This document shows positions 29,478 through 38,036 of a stretch of DNA of 64,000 nucleotides, piece after piece. The stretch comes from Lachnospiraceae bacterium (GTDB taxonomy: Bacteria > Bacillota > Clostridia > Lachnospirales > Lachnospiraceae), in the NCBI GenBank assembly GCA_016288495.1, contig JAEEZH010000155.1, forward strand, positions 4,804-68,803. Direction: 5' to 3'. The notes under the pieces are model-generated. The model was not told the origin of the DNA and searched no databases. It saw only the letters and a program-made list of their open reading frames with translations. A program made the position numbers and the translations under genes. Each line of letters starts with the position of its first letter. Position 1 is the first letter of the stretch.

Positions 29478-32400
29478 ATGATCTCTGTTGCTACTAATCT
29501 GGCAGCCATGGAAGTGCAGCGCCAGATGAAGGTCAATACCGATAACAAGAAAAAATCGACAGAAAAGCTGTCGTCGGGATACAGGATAAACCGCGCTGCA
29601 GACGACGCTGCAGGCCTTACCATCAGTCAGAAGCTCCGGTCTCAGGTGAGAGGGCTTAATCAGGGTGCATACAATGGGGAGGATGGGGCTTCCTGGGTCA
29701 GGATAGGCGATGGTACGCTGAATGAAGTTCATGATATGATCCACCGCATGAACGAACTTACCATAAAGTCCCTGAACGAGACCAATACGCCCGCGGACAA
29801 GGCCGCGATCCAGCAGGAATTCGATAAATTACAATCAGAGATAGACCGCATCACAGACAATTCCACCTTTAATACCAAAAAGATCTTTATGGACCATGAC
29901 CCCACCTATTATCAGTGTGAGGGTAATGCCGAATTCGATAATTCGGAGATCCATTCCGTTTATGTGCCCAAAAACACTTTGATAGTCACCTACAAGATGC
30001 CCGAAGGCGATGACGCAGAGACGGAGAAGGAAGTGACTATCACTGTTCCTGAGGGTACGTATACCACCCAGGAGCTGGCCGATGAGATAGAGGATGCCAT
30101 TTTTAAAACCGCAGCCAAGGATGACGGGCTCTATATGTCCCTCACCGGGGACGGTACCTTTAATCTGAATCTGGAGGGCGGCACAAAGATAGATAAGGTG
30201 GGAGGAGGCCTGTCTTATCTGCTTTACGATTCCTATGACGGTGGTTCCGTGGGATCCCTTCTGGGCACCACGGTATTTACCAGCGACAGCGCAAAGCTTT
30301 ATATCCAGACCGGTAAAAATGATAACATGTCTTTTTCCATAGAGGATTTTGACGGTAATACCTCATCCAAATCCATTACTCTGCCTCAGGGCTTCTATAC
30401 CAGGGATCAGCTTATCGATAAACTGAACAATGCTCTCACGGGAACCGGCGTCACGGCGAAAAAATACGGCACGGGCATTATGATGGGCAGCGACAACGCC
30501 ATCATCTCGAACTTTAAGGGAAATATGTTCCAGATAGACGATGCCCGTTATACCTCGGTGTTCTATGACAATGTGAACCACGGAAATGTTCAGCTTACCG
30601 CAGGGCAGTTCACGGGCGGTGCCGTTTTGCCCATATCCTCGGATCCCAGGGACGAGGAACATACGAAATTTTCCATACAGGCGGGAGTGAATGACAAACT
30701 GACCCTTCAGCCAAACGGTGCGTCGAGTCCCACTACCGTTACACTGGCGGCGGGAAACTACAGCATAGATGAGATGAAGGATCAGCTTAACAGTAAGCTT
30801 TCCTCTGCGGGACTTAATGTCACGGCGTCCACCTATTCCGCCAACGGATACTATGGGATAAAGCTCACTTCCACACAAAAGGGGATCGGAAGCGAGGTCA
30901 AGGTGGATCCTTCATCGAGTGCTTTTGACACTCTCTTTGTGGAAAGAAGCTATAACCAGTATCGCAATGACGCTGCTGTGACCAATGAGACCACTCCGGA
31001 TACGCAGGCTACCGTGACCGGAGGCAAGACCTTTGACGGAGTTACCGGCAATAATTCATACATTAATCTTCCCCTGAATATCACCTCGGGATCAAATGAC
31101 AAATTCACCCTTTCCATCGATGGCAATTCCGTAAATGTGACAGTGGCTTCAGGCTCTTATACCACTTCCGCACAGGTGGCACAGGCAGTTGACGATGCCC
31201 TGAATTCCGATGCGATGGGGGCTTATAAGGGAAAGCTTTCGGCTTCAGTTTATAATGTGGGTAACCTGAAAGGACAGATCCGGATCACTGCAGAAATGGG
31301 GATCACGAATCTTGTATTGGGTGAGGTCAGCGGTAATTCAGGTCTTAAGGATATCTTTACCACAAACAGGCTGACCACCGATAATTCCTTTTCAGGCAGC
31401 GCTTTTACTTCGGAGCGTGTATTTCCTGAACCGTCGTCCATTACTTCAGCGGATAATAATATCAGGGTGTATTCACAGCAGAACGGAGTTTATTATGACC
31501 TTAAGCTTCCCACAGGAAATGCGGTTACCCGGGATGAGATCATTTCATCTTTAAACGCCCAGAAGCAGGAAAAGTCGGATGTGGTCTACAACACGACCAG
31601 CCCTTATCAGACTATAAACGGTGCCACAAATAATTTTACCAACACCGGTTCGGGACAGTCGAGCTATGTGACTACAGCTTATTCTTCTTCCGGTTCCACT
31701 ACGGCGGGTACGGAAGGAGAGGTGGGAGAGCACAGCTGGACCCAGACTCCTGCGAAGATCACGATAAATACCACCACGGACAGCTTTAAGATCGACAGTT
31801 CCAACAATACCCTTAACCTGAACCTTAACGGAACCAATAAGACCATCACGGTTTCGGCAGGCACGTATAATACCACCACTCTGGCACAGGCACTTCAGAA
31901 CGGGATCAATTCGGCCTTCGGTACAGGCGAGGGCTCGGCAACGGTTGCAGCCTCCGGCTCAAAGGGACTCACCATCACGGGAATACTGGGGGAGAATCTC
32001 TGGGGTGAGGATAATAACATATATTGCGACACTTCCGGAAGTACCCTGCTCAAGGAACTGAATACCACCAGAACAGGGGCCGTTATGACCACAAACAGGT
32101 CTCTGGCTTCCACCATAGATATCACTGATTCTTCAAATACCTTCAATTTTAAACTGAATAATCAGAATAAGAGCATCACCCTTTCATCCAATACCTATAC
32201 CCCCTCATCCCTGATCGATGAGATGAATCGGAAACTGAGTGCAGCTGGGATACCTGTCACGGCTTCGCTTTATTCGGGACGTCTGAGGCTTTCCACCAAT
32301 GAGGTTGGTTCGGATAAGTATCTGGAGTACAGCAGTGCGTCGGGAGGAAGTGCCACAGAGGCGCTTTATGACGGTTATAAGACTCCGGGCTCCCAGACTT

Positions 32401-34403
32401 TGAATCCCGCCATGCTCTCATCCATCACCATAGCTTCGGATGCTTCCGAATTCAAATACAACCTGAACGGAACTACGAAGACAGTTTCCCTGACTCCCGG
32501 CACCTATGACCGAACCCATTTTATATCCATGCTGAATACAAAGCTTGAAGGCGTGACGGCGTCTGTGGAAAACGGCCGGCTGAAGCTGACTACGGATCAG
32601 AAGGGAGCGGGTAATTCCGTGTCAGTGTCATATATCAGTGCATCACCCTCCGCCATGCCCTCCATCTGGGGAAAGACAGAGCGGGAGGTGCCTAAAGTTA
32701 CGGCAGGTTTTGATCCTTCAGGACATCTTACCCTTACTTCCGATGATGGCAGCAGTTTCTATCTGACATCCGCGGATACGACCATCATGCCCAAGTCTGT
32801 CACGGAGAGCAACAGCAGTTTTGAAAGACATCCCGGCTACGAATCATCCGGACATGCAGCCATGGATGGTAAGAATCTGACCATATCGGACAGCTCTCCC
32901 CTGGTGATCGACCAATGGAACGACGATCTGAAATTCAGGTATTATAAGGGGGTTAATGATAATACCGGAGCCAATGTGGACGTAAAGGTTCCCCAGGGTA
33001 CGTACACTTCTTATGATCAGCTTAAAACAGCTTTGCAGACAGCCCTTGACAATGCTGTGGGCGCGGGAGAACTTACGGCGACGGTGGATGCGAACGGTGT
33101 GAACATACAGGCTGTAAAGACGGGTACAGAGAGGTTTATAGGCACATATAACACTACCGGGAGACGTAATTATTTTAGCAGCAACGCTTATACCAGGGGT
33201 GATTTTTATGACAAGGTGATGTGTACCTCAAATGAAGTCACCCAGAGGCAGGGCACGCTGGAAACCGTGGGAAGCAATGTGACGGATCCCAAAAATCTGG
33301 CGTATACCATAGGCCGTAAGGATGTGAAGCATCATCCCGTAAAGATAATGGAGGGGGTGAACGATACCCTCACCATGGATGTCCAATATCCCGGGGGAAA
33401 TAAGACTCTTACCATGAAACTGGATCCCGGTGTATATTCGGGGGGCTCGCTTACGGACATGATCCAGGAAAAACTGGACGCGCAGCTTACTGCGGCGGGT
33501 CTGCCCAAAGGTATGATAGAGGCAAAGATAGGCGGCGTACAGAATAATGTGGCCGGCTCAAATAATGACAATGCCCTGAATTTCATGCTTTCATCTTCCG
33601 TTAAGCTTCCGGGAGAGGGCACCTATGTCATAGACGGGATCGGCGGGAACGCTGCATTTTCGGTATTTTATCAGACTGACGGTGAACTGGTTCCTGCCTA
33701 CATCGCAGGGGCTAAGGATCTGAGAGGCGGCGTGACCATCACTCCCGAGAACAATGAGCTATCCTTTAAGACAGACGGTGCGGAATATTCTCTGACCATA
33801 CCTGAAGCAGATTATACCACGCAGGAGCTTTTGGACGAGCTGAACGATCAGCTGACTGCCCAGGGAGCGCCTGTGAGAGCAGAGCTGGATGATAAAGGTG
33901 CGCTTAAGATATCCCATAAGAAAATGGGCAATCATCCCATTTCTGAGGTTTCGGGCAGTGCCAAGGGCACCCTCATGTTTAATGAAAACGGCCGGATCAG
34001 CGATGATAAGGGCGATATAGATATACAGATGAGCGGTGTCTATGATGATGTGATAAAGATAGAAAGACCCAGGTGTGATTCTACGGCGCTTGGCATAAAT
34101 ACCATAACCGTGACCCGGAAAAAGTATGCCGAAAAAGCTCTGGGAAGACTGACAGAGGCCTTGAACAAAGTCAGCAGCATACGTTCGAGATTCGGTGCCG
34201 AACAGAACCGGCTGGAGCATGCGATAGATATAAACCGGAATTCAAGCGAAAACACCGACGCGGCTGACAGCCGTCTGGCAGATACGGATATGGCCGCAGA
34301 GTCGGTCAAGCTGGCAAAGCACAATATCGTGCAGCAGGCTGCCGAGGCGATGCTCACCCAGGCAAACAATACCCATGAGGGGGTATTGAACCTGCTGAAA
34401 TAA
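29478..34403 (+). CDS. fliC: Giant flagellin (1641 aa)
   Basis: It has the canonical flagellin N-terminus (LSSGYRINRAADDAAGLTISQKLRSQVRGLNQ) and C-terminus (RSRFGAEQNRLEHAI...ADTDMAAESVKLAKHNIVQQAAEAMLTQAN). A central region of about 1400 aa contains about eleven repeats of a (T/S)(V/L)xxGxYTxxxLxxxLNxxL module. Confidence 0.9.
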   Translation: MISVATNLAAMEVQRQMKVNTDNKKKSTEKLSSGYRINRAADDAAGLTISQKLRSQVRGLNQGAYNGEDGASWVRIGDGTLNEVHDMIHRMNELTIKSLNETNTPADKAAIQQEFDKLQSEIDRITDNSTFNTKKIFMDHDPTYYQCEGNAEFDNSEIHSVYVPKNTLIVTYKMPEGDDAETEKEVTITVPEGTYTTQELADEIEDAIFKTAAKDDGLYMSLTGDGTFNLNLEGGTKIDKVGGGLSYLLYDSYDGGSVGSLLGTTVFTSDSAKLYIQTGKNDNMSFSIEDFDGNTSSKSITLPQGFYTRDQLIDKLNNALTGTGVTAKKYGTGIMMGSDNAIISNFKGNMFQIDDARYTSVFYDNVNHGNVQLTAGQFTGGAVLPISSDPRDEEHTKFSIQAGVNDKLTLQPNGASSPTTVTLAAGNYSIDEMKDQLNSKLSSAGLNVTASTYSANGYYGIKLTSTQKGIGSEVKVDPSSSAFDTLFVERSYNQYRNDAAVTNETTPDTQATVTGGKTFDGVTGNNSYINLPLNITSGSNDKFTLSIDGNSVNVTVASGSYTTSAQVAQAVDDALNSDAMGAYKGKLSASVYNVGNLKGQIRITAEMGITNLVLGEVSGNSGLKDIFTTNRLTTDNSFSGSAFTSERVFPEPSSITSADNNIRVYSQQNGVYYDLKLPTGNAVTRDEIISSLNAQKQEKSDVVYNTTSPYQTINGATNNFTNTGSGQSSYVTTAYSSSGSTTAGTEGEVGEHSWTQTPAKITINTTTDSFKIDSSNNTLNLNLNGTNKTITVSAGTYNTTTLAQALQNGINSAFGTGEGSATVAASGSKGLTITGILGENLWGEDNNIYCDTSGSTLLKELNTTRTGAVMTTNRSLASTIDITDSSNTFNFKLNNQNKSITLSSNTYTPSSLIDEMNRKLSAAGIPVTASLYSGRLRLSTNEVGSDKYLEYSSASGGSATEALYDGYKTPGSQTLNPAMLSSITIASDASEFKYNLNGTTKTVSLTPGTYDRTHFISMLNTKLEGVTASVENGRLKLTTDQKGAGNSVSVSYISASPSAMPSIWGKTEREVPKVTAGFDPSGHLTLTSDDGSSFYLTSADTTIMPKSVTESNSSFERHPGYESSGHAAMDGKNLTISDSSPLVIDQWNDDLKFRYYKGVNDNTGANVDVKVPQGTYTSYDQLKTALQTALDNAVGAGELTATVDANGVNIQAVKTGTERFIGTYNTTGRRNYFSSNAYTRGDFYDKVMCTSNEVTQRQGTLETVGSNVTDPKNLAYTIGRKDVKHHPVKIMEGVNDTLTMDVQYPGGNKTLTMKLDPGVYSGGSLTDMIQEKLDAQLTAAGLPKGMIEAKIGGVQNNVAGSNNDNALNFMLSSSVKLPGEGTYVIDGIGGNAAFSVFYQTDGELVPAYIAGAKDLRGGVTITPENNELSFKTDGAEYSLTIPEADYTTQELLDELNDQLTAQGAPVRAELDDKGALKISHKKMGNHPISEVSGSAKGTLMFNENGRISDDKGDIDIQMSGVYDDVIKIERPRCDSTALGINTITVTRKKYAEKALGRLTEALNKVSSIRSRFGAEQNRLEHAIDINRNSSENTDAADSRLADTDMAAESVKLAKHNIVQQAAEAMLTQANNTHEGVLNLLK

Positions 34404-34440
34404 AACGATAGTCATGTGCTTTGTCCGGTGGGATCCGGCT

Positions 34441-34671
34441 TTAGTATACAAAAACTCCTCCGTCATCACCGACGGTGTCGTTGCCGCCCTGGCCGCCTTT
34501 TTCAGGCTTTCCGCACTGACCGCAGTAAAGGATCCCGGTGCTGTCGGGAAACCACATGGTCTGGATCCCGCATCTCGGGCAGTCTCTCATAACCCCGTCG
34601 CCCTCTTCGCTTAAGCCGCCGGTAACCTGTTCCAATTCGTCTTCATTTAATTTCCTGTTATTATCAGCCAT
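34441..34671 (-). CDS. Double-glycine-leader peptide (76 aa) with a four-Cys zinc-ribbon-like core; candidate bacteriocin/RiPP/signalling precursor
   Basis: The N-terminus is MADNNRKLNEDELEQVTGG (LxxxELxxVxGG leader consensus), followed by ...CPRC...CGQC... and a Gly/Asp-rich tail. An RBS-like GAAAGGCGG lies 6 nt upstream of ATG 34671. Confidence 0.55.
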   Translation of the reverse strand: MADNNRKLNEDELEQVTGGLSEEGDGVMRDCPRCGIQTMWFPDSTGILYCGQCGKPEKGGQGGNDTVGDDGGVFVY

Positions 34672-34774
34672 TTGATCCGCCTTTCTCAGTGCCGTGATCG
34701 GAAACACCCTCATTATATCATAAACATGGAGGGAATACATAGCCTCTTATTGATAGCATAAGGGATCTGTGATC

Positions 34775-34867
34775 AAGATCCTTCGGCAAAAGCCTCAGGA
34801 TGACAGTCGGTTATGTCATTCTGAGCATAGTATACCTGCTGTCATTCTGAGCGTAGCGAAGAATCTT
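34775..34867 (+). repeat. REP/MITE-like element locus 8 (right arm followed by two left half-units)
   Basis: The sequence reads AAGATCCTTCGGCAAAAGCCTCAGGATGACAG ... TGTCATTCTGAGCATAGTATACCTGC TGTCATTCTGAGCGTAGCGAAGAATCTT. Confidence 0.85.
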
Positions 34868-34883
34868 ATGATATAAGCCGGTC

Positions 34884-35945
34884 CTATGTGATTATCCCAC
34901 CCCCTATGATGAAGTCGTCTTCATCGTAAAATACGGCAGACTGTCCGGGTGCCGCGGCCTTAACCGGTTCTTCGAAACTTAGGTTTACGAGTTTGTCGTC
35001 AATTTTGGACAGGATGGCATCCTTTGCGCCGTGACGATATCTGATCTTCGCGCGGCAGCGCAGCTGTTCATCATCGGAAAGTCCGGGGATGCTCATGAAA
35101 TTCACATCACGGCAGATGACCTCTTTGCCGAATATCGAGCTTTCGGGTCCCAGAACGATCTCGTTTTTAACGGGATCGATCTTTTTTATGTAGGCGGGAT
35201 AGCCCAAGGCTATTCCGAGTCCCTTGCGCTGGCCTACAGTGTAATGTATCAGCCCCTTGTGCCGGCCGAGTATATGGCCTTCTTCGTCGGTAAAATTGCC
35301 TTCTCCGGGCAAGCCGGAAGGAACATTTTTTTCTATATACGAGGCGTGATCACCGTCCGGAACAAAGCATATCTCCTGGGAATCCTTTTTTTGCGCCACA
35401 TTCAGGCCTGCATCCATGGCAATTTGCCTGACATCATCCTTTGTGTAGCCTCCAAGGGGCATGAGGGTGCGGGACAGCTGTTCCTGGCTCAGCTTATAGA
35501 GCATATAGCTCTGATCCTTTTCGGCATGAAGTGCTTTTCTCACGGCATATCTGCCGTTGTCTGTTTTTTGGATACGGGCGTAGTGGCCGGTGGCTATATA
35601 GTCCGCTTCGAGCACCTTTGTCATATACATCATACGGTCCCATTTTACATAGCGGTTACACTCTATGCAGGGATTGGGCGTGCGTGCGCTTATGTATTCA
35701 TGTAAAAAAGGATCGATGACTTTTTCTTTAAACAGAGAGGTGCAGTTCAGGGTATGATAGTCTATCCCTATGATCTCGGCTGTTTTTCTGGCATCATCGA
35801 TCTCGCAGCAACGGCTCTCCTCACCGTCGTCTGACAGCCAGGTGCGGAGTGTTATCCCTATTACCTCGTGGCCCTCTTTTTTCAGCAGATAAGCTGCCAC
35901 TGCGCTGTCTACGCCGCCCGACAGGCCGATAAGTACTCTTGACAT
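34884..35945 (-). CDS. mnmA: tRNA 2-thiouridine(34) synthase MnmA
   Basis: It has the PP-loop LSGGVDSAVAAYLL and conserved CCEIDD...NPCIECN...GHYAR motifs. The start was set at ATG 35945, which has a GGAGGA RBS. Confidence 0.95.
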   Translation of the reverse strand: MSRVLIGLSGGVDSAVAAYLLKKEGHEVIGITLRTWLSDDGEESRCCEIDDARKTAEIIGIDYHTLNCTSLFKEKVIDPFLHEYISARTPNPCIECNRYVKWDRMMYMTKVLEADYIATGHYARIQKTDNGRYAVRKALHAEKDQSYMLYKLSQEQLSRTLMPLGGYTKDDVRQIAMDAGLNVAQKKDSQEICFVPDGDHASYIEKNVPSGLPGEGNFTDEEGHILGRHKGLIHYTVGQRKGLGIALGYPAYIKKIDPVKNEIVLGPESSIFGKEVICRDVNFMSIPGLSDDEQLRCRAKIRYRHGAKDAILSKIDDKLVNLSFEEPVKAAAPGQSAVFYDEDDFIIGGGIIT

Positions 35946-36040
35946 ATGTTGATCCTCCCAATAGCACATTATATCAAAAAGAATTGCTAAACAGAAGATA
36001 AAAGCATAAAATATAAAGAAACCGGCAAAAGGTGAAAGCT

Positions 36041-37135
36041 ATGAAGAAAAAACTGATGTATGTTTTCGGAACCAGACCTGAGGCAGTGAAGCTCTGTCCC
36101 CTGATAAGGGAGACGGCGCAAAGGCCGTGTTTTGAAAACAGGGTCTGCGTAACCGGACAGCACCGTGATATGCTGGATCAGGTCCTTGAACTGTTCGATG
36201 TAAAGCCTGACCATGATCTGGATGTGATGAGGGCGGATCAGACCCTCTTTGACATCACAAATGCCGTGATGGAGCCTTTGCGTGAGGTCCTGACAAAGGA
36301 ACAGCCGCAGATCGTTATAGTACACGGTGATACAGCCACTTCGTATTGCGCGGCTTTGGCGTGTTTTTATCTGGGTATTCCGGTGGCACACGTGGAAGCC
36401 GGGCTTCGTTCCCATGATATAAAAAGACCATATCCGGAGGAATTTAACCGCAGAGCCATATCCCTGATCTCGGAATATGATTTTGCCCCCACCTTTGACG
36501 CAGGACAGAATCTCATCCGGGAGGGGAAGGATCCGGACAGGGTCTTCGTAACCGGAAATACGGTGGTGGACGCCCTGAAATACACTGTCTCGGATGATTT
36601 CACACATCCTCTGCTTGACTGGGCCGGGGATGATTTTATCCTGATCACGGCCCATCGCAGGGAGAGTCAGGGAGATGTTATGAGAGGCATGTTTGAGGGG
36701 ATCAAAAAAGCCCTTACGGAGCATCCGGAGCACAGAGCGGTCTTTCCGATCCACAGAAATCCCAGAGTGGGAGAACTGGCCCGGGAGGTTTTCGCCGGCT
36801 GTGACACCATCCGCATTGTGCCCGCCGTAGATGTTAAAACCTTCCACAACCTGGAGGCCGGATGTTATCTGTGTTTGACCGACTCCGGCGGGATCCAGGA
36901 AGAGTGTCCCTCCTTCGGAAAACCTGTGCTGGTCATGAGGGATGTCACCGAGCGGACCGAAGGGATCATGGCGGGTTGTGCGTATCTTACAGGGACAGGA
37001 AGCGAAGCGATCTACAAAAAACTTAAAGAACTTTTGGAAAACAGGGCTGCATATGATAAAATGGTATGTGCTCATAATCCGTACGGAGACGGTCAGGCCT
37101 GTAAGCGGATCGCCGACGTATTAGAGAAAGAATGA
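36041..37135 (+). CDS. wecB: UDP-N-acetylglucosamine 2-epimerase (non-hydrolysing)
   Basis: Family hallmarks are present: FGTRPEAVKLCPL, HGDTATS, HVEAGLRS, DSGGIQEE. Confidence 0.95.
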   Translation: MKKKLMYVFGTRPEAVKLCPLIRETAQRPCFENRVCVTGQHRDMLDQVLELFDVKPDHDLDVMRADQTLFDITNAVMEPLREVLTKEQPQIVIVHGDTATSYCAALACFYLGIPVAHVEAGLRSHDIKRPYPEEFNRRAISLISEYDFAPTFDAGQNLIREGKDPDRVFVTGNTVVDALKYTVSDDFTHPLLDWAGDDFILITAHRRESQGDVMRGMFEGIKKALTEHPEHRAVFPIHRNPRVGELAREVFAGCDTIRIVPAVDVKTFHNLEAGCYLCLTDSGGIQEECPSFGKPVLVMRDVTERTEGIMAGCAYLTGTGSEAIYKKLKELLENRAAYDKMVCAHNPYGDGQACKRIADVLEKE

Positions 37136-37152
37136 AGATGGCAGTATACCCG

Positions 37153-37245
37153 CTGTCATTCTGAGGAACGAAGTATATCTGTTGTCATTCTGAGGAACGA
37201 AGTATATCTGTTGTCATTCTGAGGAACGAAGTGACGAAGAATCTT
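37153..37245 (+). repeat. REP/MITE-like element locus 9: three tandem half-units (29 bp)
   Basis: The sequence reads CTGTCATTCTGAGGAACGAAGTATATCTGT x2, then TGTCATTCTGAGGAACGAAGTGACGAAGAATCTT. Confidence 0.9.
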
Positions 37246-37266
37246 AATTTCAGGAGGAATAATACT

Positions 37267-37518
37267 ATGAAAAACTATACTTACGCCCCTAAGGGAGTCT
37301 GTTCAAAAAAGATCGATTTTGAAATAGATGACGAAGGGAAAATGCATAATCTGAGGTTCCTGGGCGGCTGCAACGGAAATCTCAAGGCTATCGGGCTGCT
37401 TCTTGAGGGCGCCGATGCAAAAAATGCGGCTGATATCCTGAGAGGCAATGACTGCGGAGGAAGAGGCACTTCCTGTGCCGATCAGCTGGCAAGAGCCATA
37501 GATGAAATGGTCTCTTAA
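37267..37518 (+). CDS. TIGR03905-family TSCPD-domain protein
   Basis: The sequence MKNYTYAPKGVCSKKIDFEIDDEGKMHNLRFLGGCNGNLKAIG...CGGRGTSCADQLA matches my recollection of this small conserved family. A CAGGAGG RBS is present. Confidence 0.75.
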   Translation: MKNYTYAPKGVCSKKIDFEIDDEGKMHNLRFLGGCNGNLKAIGLLLEGADAKNAADILRGNDCGGRGTSCADQLARAIDEMVS

Positions 37519-37576
37519 GAGTTATGACAGTTTCAGGTGAATTATGAAAAAGATCTATGACTTATAAGGGGGAATT

Positions 37577-38014
37577 ATGCTTGACAATATTCAGGAGATG
37601 TTCTCCGATCAAAAATCTATGGTCAACAATCTAAAGAAAAAGTCCTATGAAGCCAATATGGAGAAATTCCGCAACAGCCGTGGTCATTTTATTGATGAGA
37701 TGATCCGTTATGTAAAGACGGCCGAAGATGAAAAAAAGGCGGCTGATGAAGTGGGGAAAGAATTTGCAGGGAAGGTCCATGAAGCCTATTCGGACGGAGG
37801 AAGGATAAACGGCCGGATGCAGATGGATATGAACCTGTTCATGATCTATTATGTGTTCCCCTCTATCCTTTTGACTGATGAAGAATGCGCCGACAGCCTG
37901 TGTATGGGGATAAAGGATGCATGGAACGGTCAGTTTAAGGATACGGACATTTCTTACACCACATATGATAAACTGTATGATTCATTTAATGAAAAGATAT
38001 TCGGGATGTTCTGA
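37577..38014 (+). CDS. Hypothetical protein (145 aa)
   Basis: It has good coding appearance and a GGGGGA RBS. I recognise no family. Confidence 0.5.
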   Translation: MLDNIQEMFSDQKSMVNNLKKKSYEANMEKFRNSRGHFIDEMIRYVKTAEDEKKAADEVGKEFAGKVHEAYSDGGRINGRMQMDMNLFMIYYVFPSILLTDEECADSLCMGIKDAWNGQFKDTDISYTTYDKLYDSFNEKIFGMF

Positions 38015-38036
38015 AGACTGAAGGCGTATCGAGAGG

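Noticed and set aside
34414-34614. 66-aa + strand ORF overlapping the GG-leader peptide locus
   Set aside because: It has no RBS or motif. The minus-strand ORF has a textbook double-glycine leader and an RBS, so I preferred that.
35987-37075. 362-aa minus-strand ORF
   Set aside because: It is antisense to wecB, which has unmistakable epimerase motifs, so it is a shadow ORF. The same reasoning rejects 35031-35705 (+), which is antisense to mnmA.
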